Assembly (NCBI RefSeq): GCF_006345805.1
Contig: NC_043000.1
Span: forward strand, 125,178,001 to 125,242,000
Origin: Octopus sinensis
Taxonomy: Eukaryota
Length of the DNA: 64,000 bases
Direction of reading: 5' to 3'
Shown here in pieces: positions 12,980 through 25,860 of this stretch. Position 1 is the stretch's first letter. Each line of letters starts with the position of its first letter. The notes below the pieces were generated by a model. That model did not search any database and had not been told where the DNA came from. It saw only the letters and a list, made by a program, of their open reading frames with translations. Position numbers and translations under genes: made by a program.

Positions 12980-13308
12980 TATTGTGGTTCCAGATACATG
13001 TCTACAAAAGAAACAATAGGTTGGAAAGGCCTACTGTTGTATATTTTTAATAAACTAACCAGAAGTTAAAGAATTATGTCCATAATCTCTTTTAGGACCT
13101 GAGATTTTTATCAAGAGTTGTTGCTTTCAGTCACTGCTTTTCTGAAACACTTTTCTCCAAAGTTAGAAAATACTGCATCCTCAACCCGACCCTTCCCAAT
13201 GTCTACTAATCCTCCACAAACTTCATGAGAGACCCACAACAGAGAACTGCTCCCACTGCACCCACATCTGGGAAAGTACTGCTGCAATATATGTAGACAC
13301 CCTAGACT

Positions 13309-13913
13309 CAGGGTCGTCGCTAAGCTCCTGCAACCCCTGTGGTCGCAGGGGCCTCCACGGTTGATGGGCCCCATGTTAAGATCAAAGTACATAGATGAGT
13401 CATCTATTTACTTTGATTAAGATGTTGAACAAGAATTAAACTATCCATGTTAACTGAAAATTTCAATAAATAAAATGGTAATACAGTGTACCTGCAAAAG
13501 TTCTTGTAAAAATATTACATTGCACCACAGACATGTACCAGACTTTGTGGATTGTCTATGATAGCTATTGAACACAAACTTAATTCTCAGTTTGGTTATT
13601 CTGAACTGATCGATGATTTTGTGAAGCAAAAAGTGCACCATGTTTGTCTTAGAAAGTTGCCTGGATTATAAAAGTGCTCTTATATTCAAATCTGGAAGTT
13701 TTACATATTGAAATTTGTAATAGATCTAAATGAATTTAAATTGTTGTACTTTTAAAGATGTTCTTTAGGATAACATGAAATATTGAACTTCAGATAGAAT
13801 AAAATAAAATATAGCTATGAATAAAAGGTGCAAAGATTATGAATTTTCATTGAAGGAATGGGGCCTCGAAACAAAAGGTTGCAGGGGCCCCTAAAAGTCA
13901 CGTGATGGAGCTG
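13309..13913 (-). mobile_element. hAT-like non-autonomous DNA transposon
   Basis: GC-rich ends cagggtcgtcgc / gtgatggagctg with gggcccc subterminal motifs; imperfect 8-bp TSD cctagact / cctagatc; internal IIDQF..TKLR remnant resembling a hAT transposase C-terminus. Confidence 0.6.
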
Positions 13914-13919
13914 CCTAGA

Positions 13920-14310
13920 TCATGTCCAAAAAGAGGCCATTTGCCTGCTTGGCATGAACCCATACTCAAGCAAACTCCAACCTCTTCTTCACAGATATTG
14001 TCCCCTCTTTCTGCTTTTTCTACCACTACTACAGTGGTCTCTACTCTTTGGAATCAACGGTTCTTGTGTCAGATCTACTCACACACATCAATTCACTTGG
14101 CTCCCCTCTTCTTATCATCATCATCATCATCATCATCATCATGTCTACCTCACACCCCAATTCAAGACTCTGCCCTAACTACTGCTCTCAGATCTTCTTC
14201 CCCACAGTATCTCCCCTCTGGAATGTCTTCCCAAGGGATGTCGTTCCTGCAGCTGTCACACTGGAACTATTTAAGAAGTATATTAACAGCATTAGTCCCT
14301 GTACTGTCAG
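13920..14310 (+). mobile_element. Old CR1/L2-like LINE 3' remnant (probably continues from ~13110, interrupted by the hAT-like element)
   Basis: FFPTVSPLWNVFPRDVVPAAVTLELFKKYIN matches the FFxRxxxxWNxLPxxVVxAxSLxxFK C-terminal motif. Confidence 0.6.
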
Positions 14311-14644
14311 AAGTCCTGTCAAGACTATGAAGACCCTGTGACAGCCGCTTCTTCCAGACGAAACCAATAAAACAAAAGTAGAGATTATCCCCAGATGTTT
14401 TCATCAGAGTAGATTCTATAAAAGGCACCTAAGGGCTAGGGAATGTAGGTAACGATTTGAACAACTGGGGCTTATCTGGGGATTAAACAATGAAATGAAC
14501 ACCATCTACGATATGGATGATGGTGGTTGTTTTATATTGACATGCTAATGTCCATCAGAGAAAGACTGTAGTCACTTCATCTCTATAAATAGCACAGAAA
14601 ACCTGAACTTCCTCAATATAATGTGTACTGGAGAGTGGATATGT

Positions 14645-14709
<65 letters not shown>

Positions 14710-15261
14710 CGTGTGTGCGTGCGTGTGTGTGTGTGAGTGTATACTAGTGCAAAATTTAAATCTGACATTAAATGTAAACATTTATCCAGACATTTAATCT
14801 GATTAGTTCATTTAGTATTTATGAACAAAGACACTAAATGTTTTATTGTTTGGTTGTTGTTACTATTGTTTTTTAACTGTCGGTCAATCCTGATTAAACA
14901 GACCTATGACCAAAGTGATTCTAGCCATGACCATCCCATCTTTTTTGCCAAACAACTAGGAATGCATTATCTAGTATGTCCTTTTCTTTAAAGGAAGGAT
15001 ATCAAGAAGCAATTTGACGGTAATAGCAACCAAATCTCCCTTAACCATATTTTACCCTTTTGTTAAACATATTTCTGTTGAAATACAGAGTAAATGAAAA
15101 TAAATAGTACAAGAAAAAAAAATTCATGTGGGTGTTGTAATGAATATGTTGCAAAAAGAGACGTAACATGAAAGGTTAACTCTTCAGATTTCTACTGGTA
15201 CTCAGAGATGCTCAATTCAGATTATCAGTGTTACCAATCAAAACTTGGAGAGATAACCTTT

Positions 15262-15659
15262 CTTTACTCTTTTACTTGTTTCAGTCATTTGACTGTGGCC
15301 ATGCTGAAGCAGTGCCTTAAGTCGAGCAAATTGACCCCAGGACTTATTCTTTGTAAGCTTAGTACTTATTCTATCGGTCTCTTTTGCTGAACCATTAACC
15401 ATTAAGTTACAGGGATGTAAACACACCAGCATCAGTTGTCAAGTGTTGGGGGGACAAACACAAACACACAAACATATACACACACATACATATATATATA
15501 TATATTTATATACACGACGGGCTTTTTTCAGTTTCCGTCTACCAAATCCACTCACAAGGCTTTGGTCGGCCTGAGGCTATAGTAGAAGACACTTGCCCAA
15601 GGTGCCATGCAGTAGGACTGAACCAGGAACCCTGCAGTTCGTAAGCAAGCTACTTACCA
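15262..15659 (-). mobile_element. tRNA-derived SINE family A
   Basis: Collinear with 8531-8946. Confidence 0.85.
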
Positions 15660-16110
15660 ATACATCTGTATTGTAGCAATATATATATATATTACAGCAC
15701 TCATAGGTATGTTTTGTTTTTGTACTATTCATTCTGAATTATCCATTACACTGATTTTGTTTTGATTAATCTTGAAAGTAATGAAGAATTTAATTACATA
15801 ACTTTGTCATTATTAAGATTAAGCTGGTGTTTAGAACAAAAATTAGAGTGAAATTTTAATAAAAGGGTCTATTTTAGATCACTTTAAAATCAGAAGTCTT
15901 GTATCAGAGAACCAGAAGTTGTCTCAGGTAGATTTATATCAAGAGTTAATAAAGAAAGCTACATTGAAAAATATGGTCAAAGACAGAGCAGTCACAGTTG
16001 GAACGTCTTTGATTTTAGATTTACTTGATTGGGGTTGACCCAAGGCTCAACATCAAAAACAACAACAGTGCAGTTATTGTGGGTTCATAACTCAGTGGCT
16101 GTAGTATACT

Positions 16111-16341
16111 TCTTATTTCTTTATTACCCACAAGGAGCTAAACATAGAGGGGACAAACAAGGACAGACAAAGGGATTAAGTTGATTACATCGACCCCAGT
16201 GCATAACTGGTACTTAATTTATCGACCCCGAAAGGATGAAAGACAAAGTCGACCTCGGCGGAATTTGAACTCAGAACACAGCGGTGGACAAAATATCACA
16301 AAGCATTTCACCCGGTGCGCTAACGTTTCTGCCACCTCACT
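16111..16341 (-). mobile_element. tRNA-derived SINE family B
   Basis: Collinear with 11420-11641. Confidence 0.8.
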
Positions 16342-16527
16342 GCTGGTAGTATACTTCTACCATATTATGGTCCCTTTTTATATCTTCTTGATACTACAAA
16401 AATATAGTTAGACTGTTCCTTAAAAATTTTTTTTTTCTGTATTTGGTTTACAAGATTCTTGGTTTGGTTGTATTTTGGAGTAGTTGTTTAATTATCGGTA
16501 TAAAGACCTTTCCCCAAGATACAATAA

Positions 16528-17242
16528 CCCAGGAAAACCTGGGACGAGGTGGTGAAGCACGACCTTTGAACTTTAGGTCTCACCAAGGAAATGACTAGAG
16601 ACCAAGACCTATGGAAGTATGCTGTGCGTGAGAAGACCCGGCAAGACCAGTGAGAACAGTCAAAATCAAAATCAATCCAAATCAAATCAGATATCAGAAA
16701 GCAGAACCAAAATTGAGGTCGATCAACATCAGTGGAAATTGCAGCTGTGGTTAAGGGAACCATCCAATCGTGGTCGTTGCCGGTGCCGCCCCGTCTGGCC
16801 TCCGTGCCAGTGGCACGTAAAAGCACCATCCGTTCGTGTCCACTGCCAGCCTTGCCTGGCCCCCATGCCGGTGGCACGTAAAAGCACCATTCGTTCATGT
16901 CCGTTGCCAGCCTCGCCTGGCCCCCATGCCGGTGGCACGTAAAAGCACCATCTGCTCGTGTCCGTTGCCAGCCTCGCCTGGCCCCCGAGCCGGTGGCACG
17001 TAAAAGCACCATCCGTTCGTGGCCGTTTGCCAGCTCTGTCTGGCACCTGTGTGGGTGGCACGTAAAAAGCACCCACTACACTCACGGAGTGGTTGGCGTT
17101 AGGAAGGACATCCAGCTGTAGAAACACTGCCAGATCTGACTGGGCCTGATGAAGCCTTCCGGCTTCACAGACCCCAGTTGAACCGTCCAACCCATGCTAG
17201 CATGGAAAACGGACGCTAAGTGATGATGATGATGATGATGAT
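16528..17242 (+). mobile_element. RTE-type LINE: RT C-terminus, 3' UTR minisatellite and (GAT)n tail
   Basis: PRKTWDEVVKHDL*TLGLTKEMTRDQDLWKYAVREKTRQ; about five ~60-bp units centred on GGTGGCACGTAAAAGCACC. Confidence 0.9.
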
Positions 17243-17391
17243 ACTTCATTTACCAGTCTCGCATACTTAAAGCCTGTATTTTGTTTATATGTTTATTAGC
17301 TGTGGGACTTCATCCGAGGATAAGTCCCTGTGGACTTTACATTATTAGGGCTGCTTCTTATTCAAAATTTAATATGGCATTTAATTAATCC

Positions 17392-17601
17392 TGCCTACTA
17401 AAGGCACAGGGCCTACAATTTGAGGGAGGGGGATAGTTGATTACATTGACCCCAGTATTACATTGGTACTTAATATATTGATCCTGAAAGGATGAAAGGT
17501 GAAGTTGACCTTGGTGGAATTTGAACTCAGAATGTAGTGACAGGTGAAATACTGCTAAGCATTTTGTCCAGTGTGCTAATGATTCTGCCAGCTCACAGCC
17601 T
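17392..17601 (-). mobile_element. SINE family B, diverged
   Basis: gaaaggatgaaagg...gaatttgaactcagaa...ttctgccagctcac. Confidence 0.75.
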
Positions 17602-18485
17602 TAGACATGTCATTTAATTAATAGAAAATTACTCTTAAGTTGTTTAATTAATCAAATCTATTAATTGAAGTACATGGTGATTACTAGCAATAATTACTGG
17701 ATCATAGTGAACCCTTGGAAGGCACATCTATATATCATTTAATCAGTTAGAAATAACAGCCAAATCTTCCTCAAACAAGATTTTACTATCTTGAAAAATG
17801 AGCTGTCTGAGATACATATTGTTGAAAGAATATATGTGATGGTCATGGTTTGAAAGCCCTTGATCACAGATCTGCCGGGCTGGGGCCAACCTAGGGTTAA
17901 CTAACAGCTGAATCATAAAAAATAAGTTCAGTCCTTGTTGACAGATATTATTTCATTTTTGTATCAAACTGTATGGACCTTAGTTTTAAAATAGGCACCC
18001 TGTATTACTGTGAGTTTTAAGAGGTGATTAAAAGGATTGTTTATAAAAAAACAGCATGTCCCCAAAGCTCCATCCTAACCCATGCCAGCAAGGAAAAGAA
18101 GATGTAAAGCGATGATGATAATGATGATAGCTGTTGTTGTTTGTGAATTGAATGTTAAAGGTGTTTTCTTAGAGCTAAAGTGTTTGTGTGAAAAGTTTGT
18201 TTTATAAATGGACATTTATAAATAGAAAAGACTGAAGACTTTAATTTTGCAATAAACAATAAACAGATTTCCATAATTATTTTCCTGTGCTTTTTATAGA
18301 AATATGGGAAGCAAACTATATATTACAATTGATAAAATAGATATTGTTTATGCAGAGCAAATTGCTACTAGTATGGTTACTGCCAAGTGAAGAAGTGGAA
18401 GATGATGATAATGATGACGATGACGACGATGACCATGGTCATGATGACAACAGTGATGACAACAATGACGAGGATATAGTAGCAG

Positions 18486-18519
<34 letters not shown>

Positions 18520-19110
18520 GGTGGTGATGAGGAGGAGGAGGAGGAAGAGGAGGACGAGGAGGGGGAGGGGAGAGGGGAGGAGGAGGAGGTGATGATGATG
18601 GTGATGATTCTGATTTGGCATGGTTTCTACAGCTGGATGTCCTTCCTGAACCAAAATCCTTTTTCCTCCCATTTAGCATGTCCAACTATCAAAAGACTGG
18701 GTACCACTGTTTTTGAGCAGTGTTTGTTTAATTCATTGTTTGAGTGACAATTCTGTTCCCCCCCCCCCAAAAAAAAACTACTGAATTTACACAATAAATA
18801 AAATACATCAGAAATATGTTCACACACACAACACAACACACATACTGACACACACACATGCATGCATGTAAAGGTACATACATTCTCAAGTGCTAAATGA
18901 AAATTTTTTAAATGTCATAACATAAATACACTTTTTTATGTTATTTAATTTCCTTGGAAAATTTCAAGTGTTTCTGCATATAAATAATCTGAAGGACAAT
19001 TTCTTCTTTTCTTCTAATTAACCAGTGTCTATGGAAGGATTGGTTGAGTAGCAAACACAATACACAATACCTTGTAGTGTTAAGTTAGTTGTGTACCATT
19101 ACATACAGAT

Positions 19111-20064
19111 TTAACCCTTTCGTTACCAACCCAGCTGAAACCAGCTCTGGCTCTGAGTACAAATGTCTTGTTTTCATAAGTTTTGAATTAAAATCTTCCA
19201 CCTAACCTTAGCCACAATTTATGTTCCTAACACTAGCTTAATGATAACAAAGACATTTTACTAAATTCTTAGTTATATTTAAATTAATTGAAAGAAACAC
19301 AGAGCATCTCAACAGAAATATGACAACAAAAGGATTAACAAATGACTAATTTAACCCTTTCAATGGCAACCCGGCCGAAACTGGCTCTGAGTACAAATAT
19401 CTTGTTTTCATAAGTTTTGAATTAAAATCTTTCACCAAACTTTAGTGGCAATTTATGTTCCTAACACTAGCTGAATGATAACTAAATTATTTTACTAAAT
19501 TCTTTGTTATCATCATCATCATCATCGTCATCATTTAACATCCATTTTCCGTGCTAGCACGGGTTGGACGGTTCGACTGGGGTCTGGGAAGCCAGTAGGC
19601 TGCACCAGGCTCCAGTCTGATCTAGCAGCGTTTCTACAGCTGGATGCCCTTCATAACGCCAACCACTCCGTGAGTGTAGTAGGTGCTTTTTACGTGCCAC
19701 CAGCACAGGTGCCAGGGGAAGCTGGCAACGGCCATGATTGGTTGTTGCTTTTTACATGCCACTGGCACAGAAGCCAGTCAAGGTGGCGTTGGCATCGACC
19801 ATGTTCAGATGGTGCTTTTTATGTTCCACTGGCACAGGTATCACAACTACAATTTCCATTTGATTTCTATTTTGATGTTGATGTACTTGACTCAATAGGT
19901 CTCCTCAAGCACAGCAGGTTGCCCTACGATCCAAGGTAAGCACAGCAGGCCATCCTGCGATCCAAGTACTTTGGATGGACTGGGGCTTCTATGTGAAGCT
20001 GGTGCAGGAAACAGCCATGAACTCACAGAATATCTCAAAATAAATAAAGTAACGAAAGGGTTAA
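19111..20064 (+). mobile_element. TTAA MITE dimer; second unit interrupted by an RTE 3' fragment (19510-20030, minus strand)
   Basis: Reverse complement of 12512-12979 including the caaatgactaat spacer; ends aacgaaagggttaa. Confidence 0.8.
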
Positions 20065-20765
20065 AATCCCATTGAGGTTGACTTTGTCTTTCATCAGTCT
20101 AGGGTTGATGAAATAAATACCAGTTGAATATTTGGACCAGTCTAAATGACTATATCCTTCATACTAATCTCTGACTTTGTTCTTATGCTAAATATCAATA
20201 TTGAGCTGAGTGCCTCTTGCAACTATGTGACATCACTCAAAGCCCTCTGAGTAATATACAAGACTACACAGAGCTTCATATTAGAACTCTAAATAATTTC
20301 AGGACGATGAACCTTGGTATTTCATCTAATTTCATGATTCTACCAAATTGATAGCATCAGTAACAACAATAACATAACCAACAACAACAAGAATCCCCAC
20401 CCCCCACCTTTTTTTTTTTCTTTGAAGGCAATAGAATTTCCATCCAGAAAGGGAATTCATCTCTTATAGAAACCTAATATCATTACTGTCTTAATAGGCC
20501 ATTATGACTTGTGGCTAGAAATTATTCCTGAACACAGAATAACATTATTTGAATTTGAGTGAAAATTAATTTCAAAGAAAATTTCCATAGCTGTTAGTCT
20601 CAGACTTTAATCCAATAAGCTGCTTGGTTCCATCAGTTGTAACAACCATTTTCAGATGTTTCATTTAACTATTGCCTGTATATTTTTGCAATAGAACAAA
20701 TATAAATTTGAATAGAAGTAATAAACCGTGTATTACTGTTCCATGCTATTATTCTTGTCATACAG

Positions 20766-20840
20766 AGCCGTAAGAAGAGGAAAGTCAATGGAAATAAAAT
20801 GCCAATCAATAATGAACATGCCACTAAAACAGCTAATTAA
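20766..20840 (+). CDS. Possible terminal exon SRKKRKVNGNKMPINNEHATKTAN* (unverified)
   Basis: Preceded by ttattcttgtcatacag acceptor-like site in unique sequence; basic NLS-like RKKRK; no partner exon identified. Confidence 0.2.
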   Translation, partial: SRKKRKVNGNKMPINNEHATKTAN

Positions 20841-21104
20841 ATATATTATTTTAATATTTTAAACCTATATTTAGCATATAGATATGTGAGTGGGTGTAAG
20901 CATGTATGTATGAAATATATTTATATATATCATGATCATCATCATTTGACGTCCACTTTCTATGCTAGCATGGGTTGGATGGTTTGACTGAGGACTGGCA
21001 TTTGAATATTCTTCTGAAAAACTTAATCACCAGAACGAACAACCTTTGAATCGATTTAAAATATTATTTTTCCATTACTGAGTTTATATGATTTGTTTGA
21101 TGTG

Positions 21105-21182
<78 letters not shown>

Positions 21183-21207
21183 TAGTAATAATAATAATAA
21201 TAATAAT

Positions 21208-21761
21208 ATGCACTGATGCAGTACCAGGCAGTGGCTCTCATGGCTTCTGATCTTAACTGATTGGAAATGTTATCATGTACATTGTTTTGTCTTGGTATAA
21301 AACATGGGCTACAGCAAATATTCTGTTCAATACCACAGATTCTCTTGTCAGTTGTTTGACCTTAATCAGTTGAGCATGTCCCTTAGTGGCTGACGATATG
21401 TGCATCTCTGATCATGAGCAGAAGTAGTGGGGGAGCACCATAGCCATGTGTTGAGAGGAATTCTTTGGGGCTTGAATAATTCACCCTTGGATACATGAGT
21501 GTTTCGTTCAACGTCCTTAAACAATCCTTATTCAGGGACCTTTTGAGCAAGATGGGCTACTCAACCTGAAGACAATTCTAACTGGGCCCCACCTGCAAGG
21601 TCATGTGCTGTTTAGTTTGATATGAAATCATGCCGCGCACATATGGTTGTGATGCATGTGCCTAGTGCACCCTTATCAGACAGGTAGTCATGAGAGGTAT
21701 ACTAGGCTTCGTATATTTTACCCAAGTGTCACTTTGATGCCATACACTGCTCTCTCACTCA

Positions 21762-21762
<1 letters not shown>
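21208..21762 (+). mobile_element. ~550-bp non-coding insert within a (TAA)n array
   Basis: GC-richer block bounded precisely on both sides by same-orientation (TAA)n; orientation uncertain. Confidence 0.55.
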
Positions 21763-21795
<33 letters not shown>

Positions 21796-21814
21796 TGACA
21801 ATAATAATAATAAC

Positions 21815-21850
<36 letters not shown>

Positions 21851-21852
<2 letters not shown>

Positions 21853-22090
21853 GTGCAAAAGATTGTCTTAACTGGTACATCACACGTATTGAGAAGAGCA
21901 TTGTCGATGTGAGAACTGTTGCTGCTCATGTATTTTAATTTAACTTAAAAAAAAAATTTTTTTTTTAAATGAACGAACTATTGAGTTTGGTTTAATGGCC
22001 TACCAATGTATACTATGAGTTTCTTTGCCCTAGGAGTCGGGAAGACACTCGGCAAGAAATGGAAGCAAATTTGAAAGAAGAAAAAAAAAA

Positions 22091-22129
<39 letters not shown>

Positions 22130-22140
22130 TATTAATAATA
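21851..22140 (+). mobile_element. R4/Dong-like non-LTR retrotransposon 3' end in a (TAA)n array
   Basis: VQKIVLTGTSHVLRRALSM* resembles the QKxxLLGTxxILRxxL C-terminus of RLE-type elements; 3' UTR ends in an A-run then (TAA)n. Confidence 0.7.
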
Positions 22141-22158
22141 ATAATAATGATAATGATA

Positions 22159-22196
<38 letters not shown>

Positions 22197-22593
22197 CATC
22201 ATTATTATTATACCCGTGTTTGTTTTTATATTAAGATTGAAAAAAATTTTGGACCTGAGTCTGCACCTCTTAAGCAAATTCTATTCCACACTTATGTGAC
22301 ATGCAGTAGGACAGAACCCAAAGCTATATGGTTGAGAATCTAAGTTCTTAACCACTCAACCATGCTTGTACCTTGCATCCATGGCTGTGCCTTACAGCTA
22401 TGGAGGCATTGTCTTTTCTCTTGATTAAGGGATAAACAAAACTGGACATGTTAAATTCTATCATTTAGATAGATCTCATCATCTTTGAAACATATTCAGC
22501 TCAGTTGATAAAATGAAAGATCAGCTCATAATAAAATAATGGGAAAGTAATGACTGATTATGAAGATCAACATTATTTCAATATAGGTGCAGG

Positions 22594-22884
22594 CATTTAT
22601 TTTTATTTATGTGCCTGGTTTTCCGGTTTCTATGGCGTATGTGTTCCTCCCAGCTGGACAGAACGCCAGTCCATCACAGCATTACTCAAGAAACAAGAAG
22701 AGAGAGTGAGAGAAAGTTGGGGTGAAAGAGTACAAAAGGGGTCGCCACCACTCCCTGCTGAAGCCTCGTGGAGCTTTAGGAGTTTTCGCTCAATAAACAC
22801 ACACAACGCCCGGTCTGGGAATCGAAACTGTGATCCTCCAACTGCAAGTCTGCTGCCCCAACCACTGGGCTATTGTGCCTCCAC
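22594..22884 (-). mobile_element. tRNA-derived SINE family C inserted in the head of a family A SINE
   Basis: Reverse complement of 26648-26959; aggtgcaggcat occurs on both sides as a probable TSD. Confidence 0.8.
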
Positions 22885-24912
22885 AGGTGCAGGCATGGCT
22901 GTGTGGTTATCTCTTTTGAAAAAACTTGCCTGAGAATCATCTCTGATTCTATGACAGAAACATCCTGTCTTAAAGTGATCTAAATTAAAATCTTTCAAAA
23001 TTTCACTCAAACGAGTTTGAAATACCAGCTTAATTATGACAAATACAGGAAAGAATATGGGATCAGGAGGTACTTTATAACGTTACAGTTCAAGGGAAAA
23101 ACAATTGGGAAAACGTTTTATTATAAGATGTGGGAGGATGAAATAACAGGGATGACGAGAAGATGATGAGTTGAGTTAACAGCAATAAGAGAATTAGAAC
23201 TGAAATGATAGCTTGCCAGTTCAGTGAAAGAGGAAGTCTTAAAATAGTGCTTGTTGGGAAAGACAAGGGGTGGATACAAAATATTGGTGGTGTCATGGTT
23301 AGAATATCGAAGTTTTGACTGTAAGTCGGATTGATTTTATATAACATTATAAAATATCTGTGTTTATACCAACTCCACAATCACGAATATGTAGAGTGTT
23401 TGTTCTTTATGGAAGTATATTTGAGGGGAGAGTCATGGTTGTAGCAGTGATATGTGACCATCGTGAATGGTTAGGAAAGAGAGTAATGTAAATAGTAGGT
23501 TCTGTGGAATCTAGTGATGGTCTGCAATTGTAAATAGTGAGTATAAACAGATCAAAAGTGGAATAAATTGGTTTGCTGTGAGGAAGTAGGAAAAGTTTAA
23601 TGTTTTATGCAGAAATCTTTGTCAGTGAGAATCTATATAAAATGTTTTTTGATGTCACTGAATAAATACATTGGCAGTAGCAGAGAGAGAACAAAAACAG
23701 AAAGTGGTGATGCCTGATGGAGGTAATAGGGGTAGAAGTGAAAATAATGAGCCACAGCAGAGGGGGAGGTCATAAGGTAAAACACTAGATACTAGTGGTG
23801 GGGAAGTTGGGGTAGGGCTTAGCTAACCACTCTTCACTGTGACTTCTAGCATTATCCAGTGTCTGTTGCTTTGTCATTTTTTCATTCCTGCAGGACTTTT
23901 ACACCTAATACCTGATTATCATGCTAGATTATTTATTGAATGATATCACCAATTCTCTTTCTTCTTTCTCACTTTATATCCAGTTAAATACATGTGAGTC
24001 TAATAATACAAGTCAGACCTCATATCCACCTAAAAAAAAAAGAAAAGCTTATTGTCTAGCCCTAGGTCAACTTTAGTTCAGGAGACCTGTGATCAAAAGC
24101 AGTCTACCAACACCTAATTATCTTGCTAGATTCGCTGTAGGATACCTCCAATTCTCCTTCTCATTTATAATATCAAGTTAAATACATTTGAACCCAATGT
24201 AAGTCAGATCTCGTATCTGCCTAAAATAAGGTTGCTGTTTAGCCCAAGACCAGCTTTGATTCAAGATACCTATGACCAAAAGCATTCCAATTTTGATCAT
24301 TCCATTTTTTAAGGGGTATCTAGGTCTTAAAGTTAAGAAAAATTCAAAGTCTTTTTCAAGCCTACATGCACATAAGCTGGACCTTATCCCTTTTCCCATG
24401 GCCTTTAACCCTTCTTATACCAATCTGCAGAAATGACCCTTGATTCTATGATACAATTCATATTTTAAAATTATGTAAGTTAAACCTTTTATCAAAATTT
24501 CATGTTAATCTAAATAAATAATAACAAATTTATTTCAATAATTTCTTCGTTATTTTCAAATTAAGGCAAAATAAGCTCCTAGCAGATTTCTGTGCTTGAA
24601 AAGACATGTTAAGCTAAGTAAAGGTGTGGTTGTCTTTGCATACAGGTTGTCCCCTGCATCTTTCTCCAGCTCAGCATTCCTAACTTGTGGTTGCTGGTGT
24701 CACCTAAAATGTGCCTCTGCCAGTGCCATGTAAATGCACCCATGCCAACGTTGTGTAAGAGTATCCAGTACACTCTGTAAAGTGGTTGGCATTAGGAAGG
24801 GCATCCAGCCATAGAAACTATGTCAAAACAGACACGGAGCCTGGGCAGCTCCCCAGCTGACCATCTCTTCTCAAACTGTCAAACCCATGCCAGCAAAGAA
24901 AACAGATGTTAA

Positions 24913-24977
<65 letters not shown>

Positions 24978-25039
24978 AATGAGGATGATGATGAAAGCAG
25001 TGCATTTTCAACAGAAATAGTGTAACAAAAGGTTTAAGT

Positions 25040-25623
25040 TCTATATTTAAGAGATGAAGAATTATGTACATTATTTACATTCTTTTATTCTTTATTCTTT
25101 TACTTGTTTCAGTCATTTGACTGCGGCCATGCTGGAGTACCGCCTTTAGTCGAGTAAGTCAACCCCGGGACTTATTCTTTGTAAGCCTAGTACTTATTCT
25201 ATCAGTCTCTTTTGCCGAACCACTAAGTTACAGGGATGTAAGCACACCAGCATCAGTTGGGTGGCGGGGGGACAAGTAAAGACACACAAACACATACACA
25301 CACATATATACGTATATACGATGGGCTTCTTTCAGTTTCCATCTACCAAATCCACTCACAAGACTTTAGTCGGCTCGAGGCTATAGTAGAAGGCACTTGC
25401 CTAAGGTGCTACGCACTGTGACTGAACCAGGAACCATGTGGTTGGTAAGCAAGCTACTTACCAGATATTTGTCCTCATCTTGTTTGTTGTTAACACAACA
25501 TTTCAACTAATATACCCTCCAGCCTTCATCAGATGTCTTGGGGAAATTTCGAACCTGAGTTCTCATTCCTAAGGTATTTTTTCCATGATATCATTATTAT
25601 TATTATCATTATTATTATCATCA

Positions 25624-25675
<52 letters not shown>

Positions 25676-25860
25676 CATTATTATTATTATCACTACCTGG
25701 AATCGAACTCAGAATCTTGGGATTAGTGGCCCGTGTTTTTAACCACTACACCAAGACACCTGATGAAGGCTGGAGTGTGTATCAGCCAAAACGTTGTGTT
25801 AACAACAAACAAGATGAGGAAAAATCTCCATCGAATGTAAATAATGTAAATAATGCAAAT
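25040..25860 (-). mobile_element. tRNA-headed, hammerhead-bearing element with inverted terminal duplication, interrupted by a SINE A (25085-25463)
   Basis: 13-bp direct repeat aaaaggtttaagt at 25027-25039 and 25861-25873; arms with CTGATGAaggctg..cagcc(G)AAAcgttgtgtt; tRNA-like A/B boxes at 25698-25752 minus. Confidence 0.6.

Noticed and set aside
23050-23830. Purine-rich tract (also 2170-2560)
   Set aside because: Probably very old antisense LINE remnants, but no motif could be read with confidence
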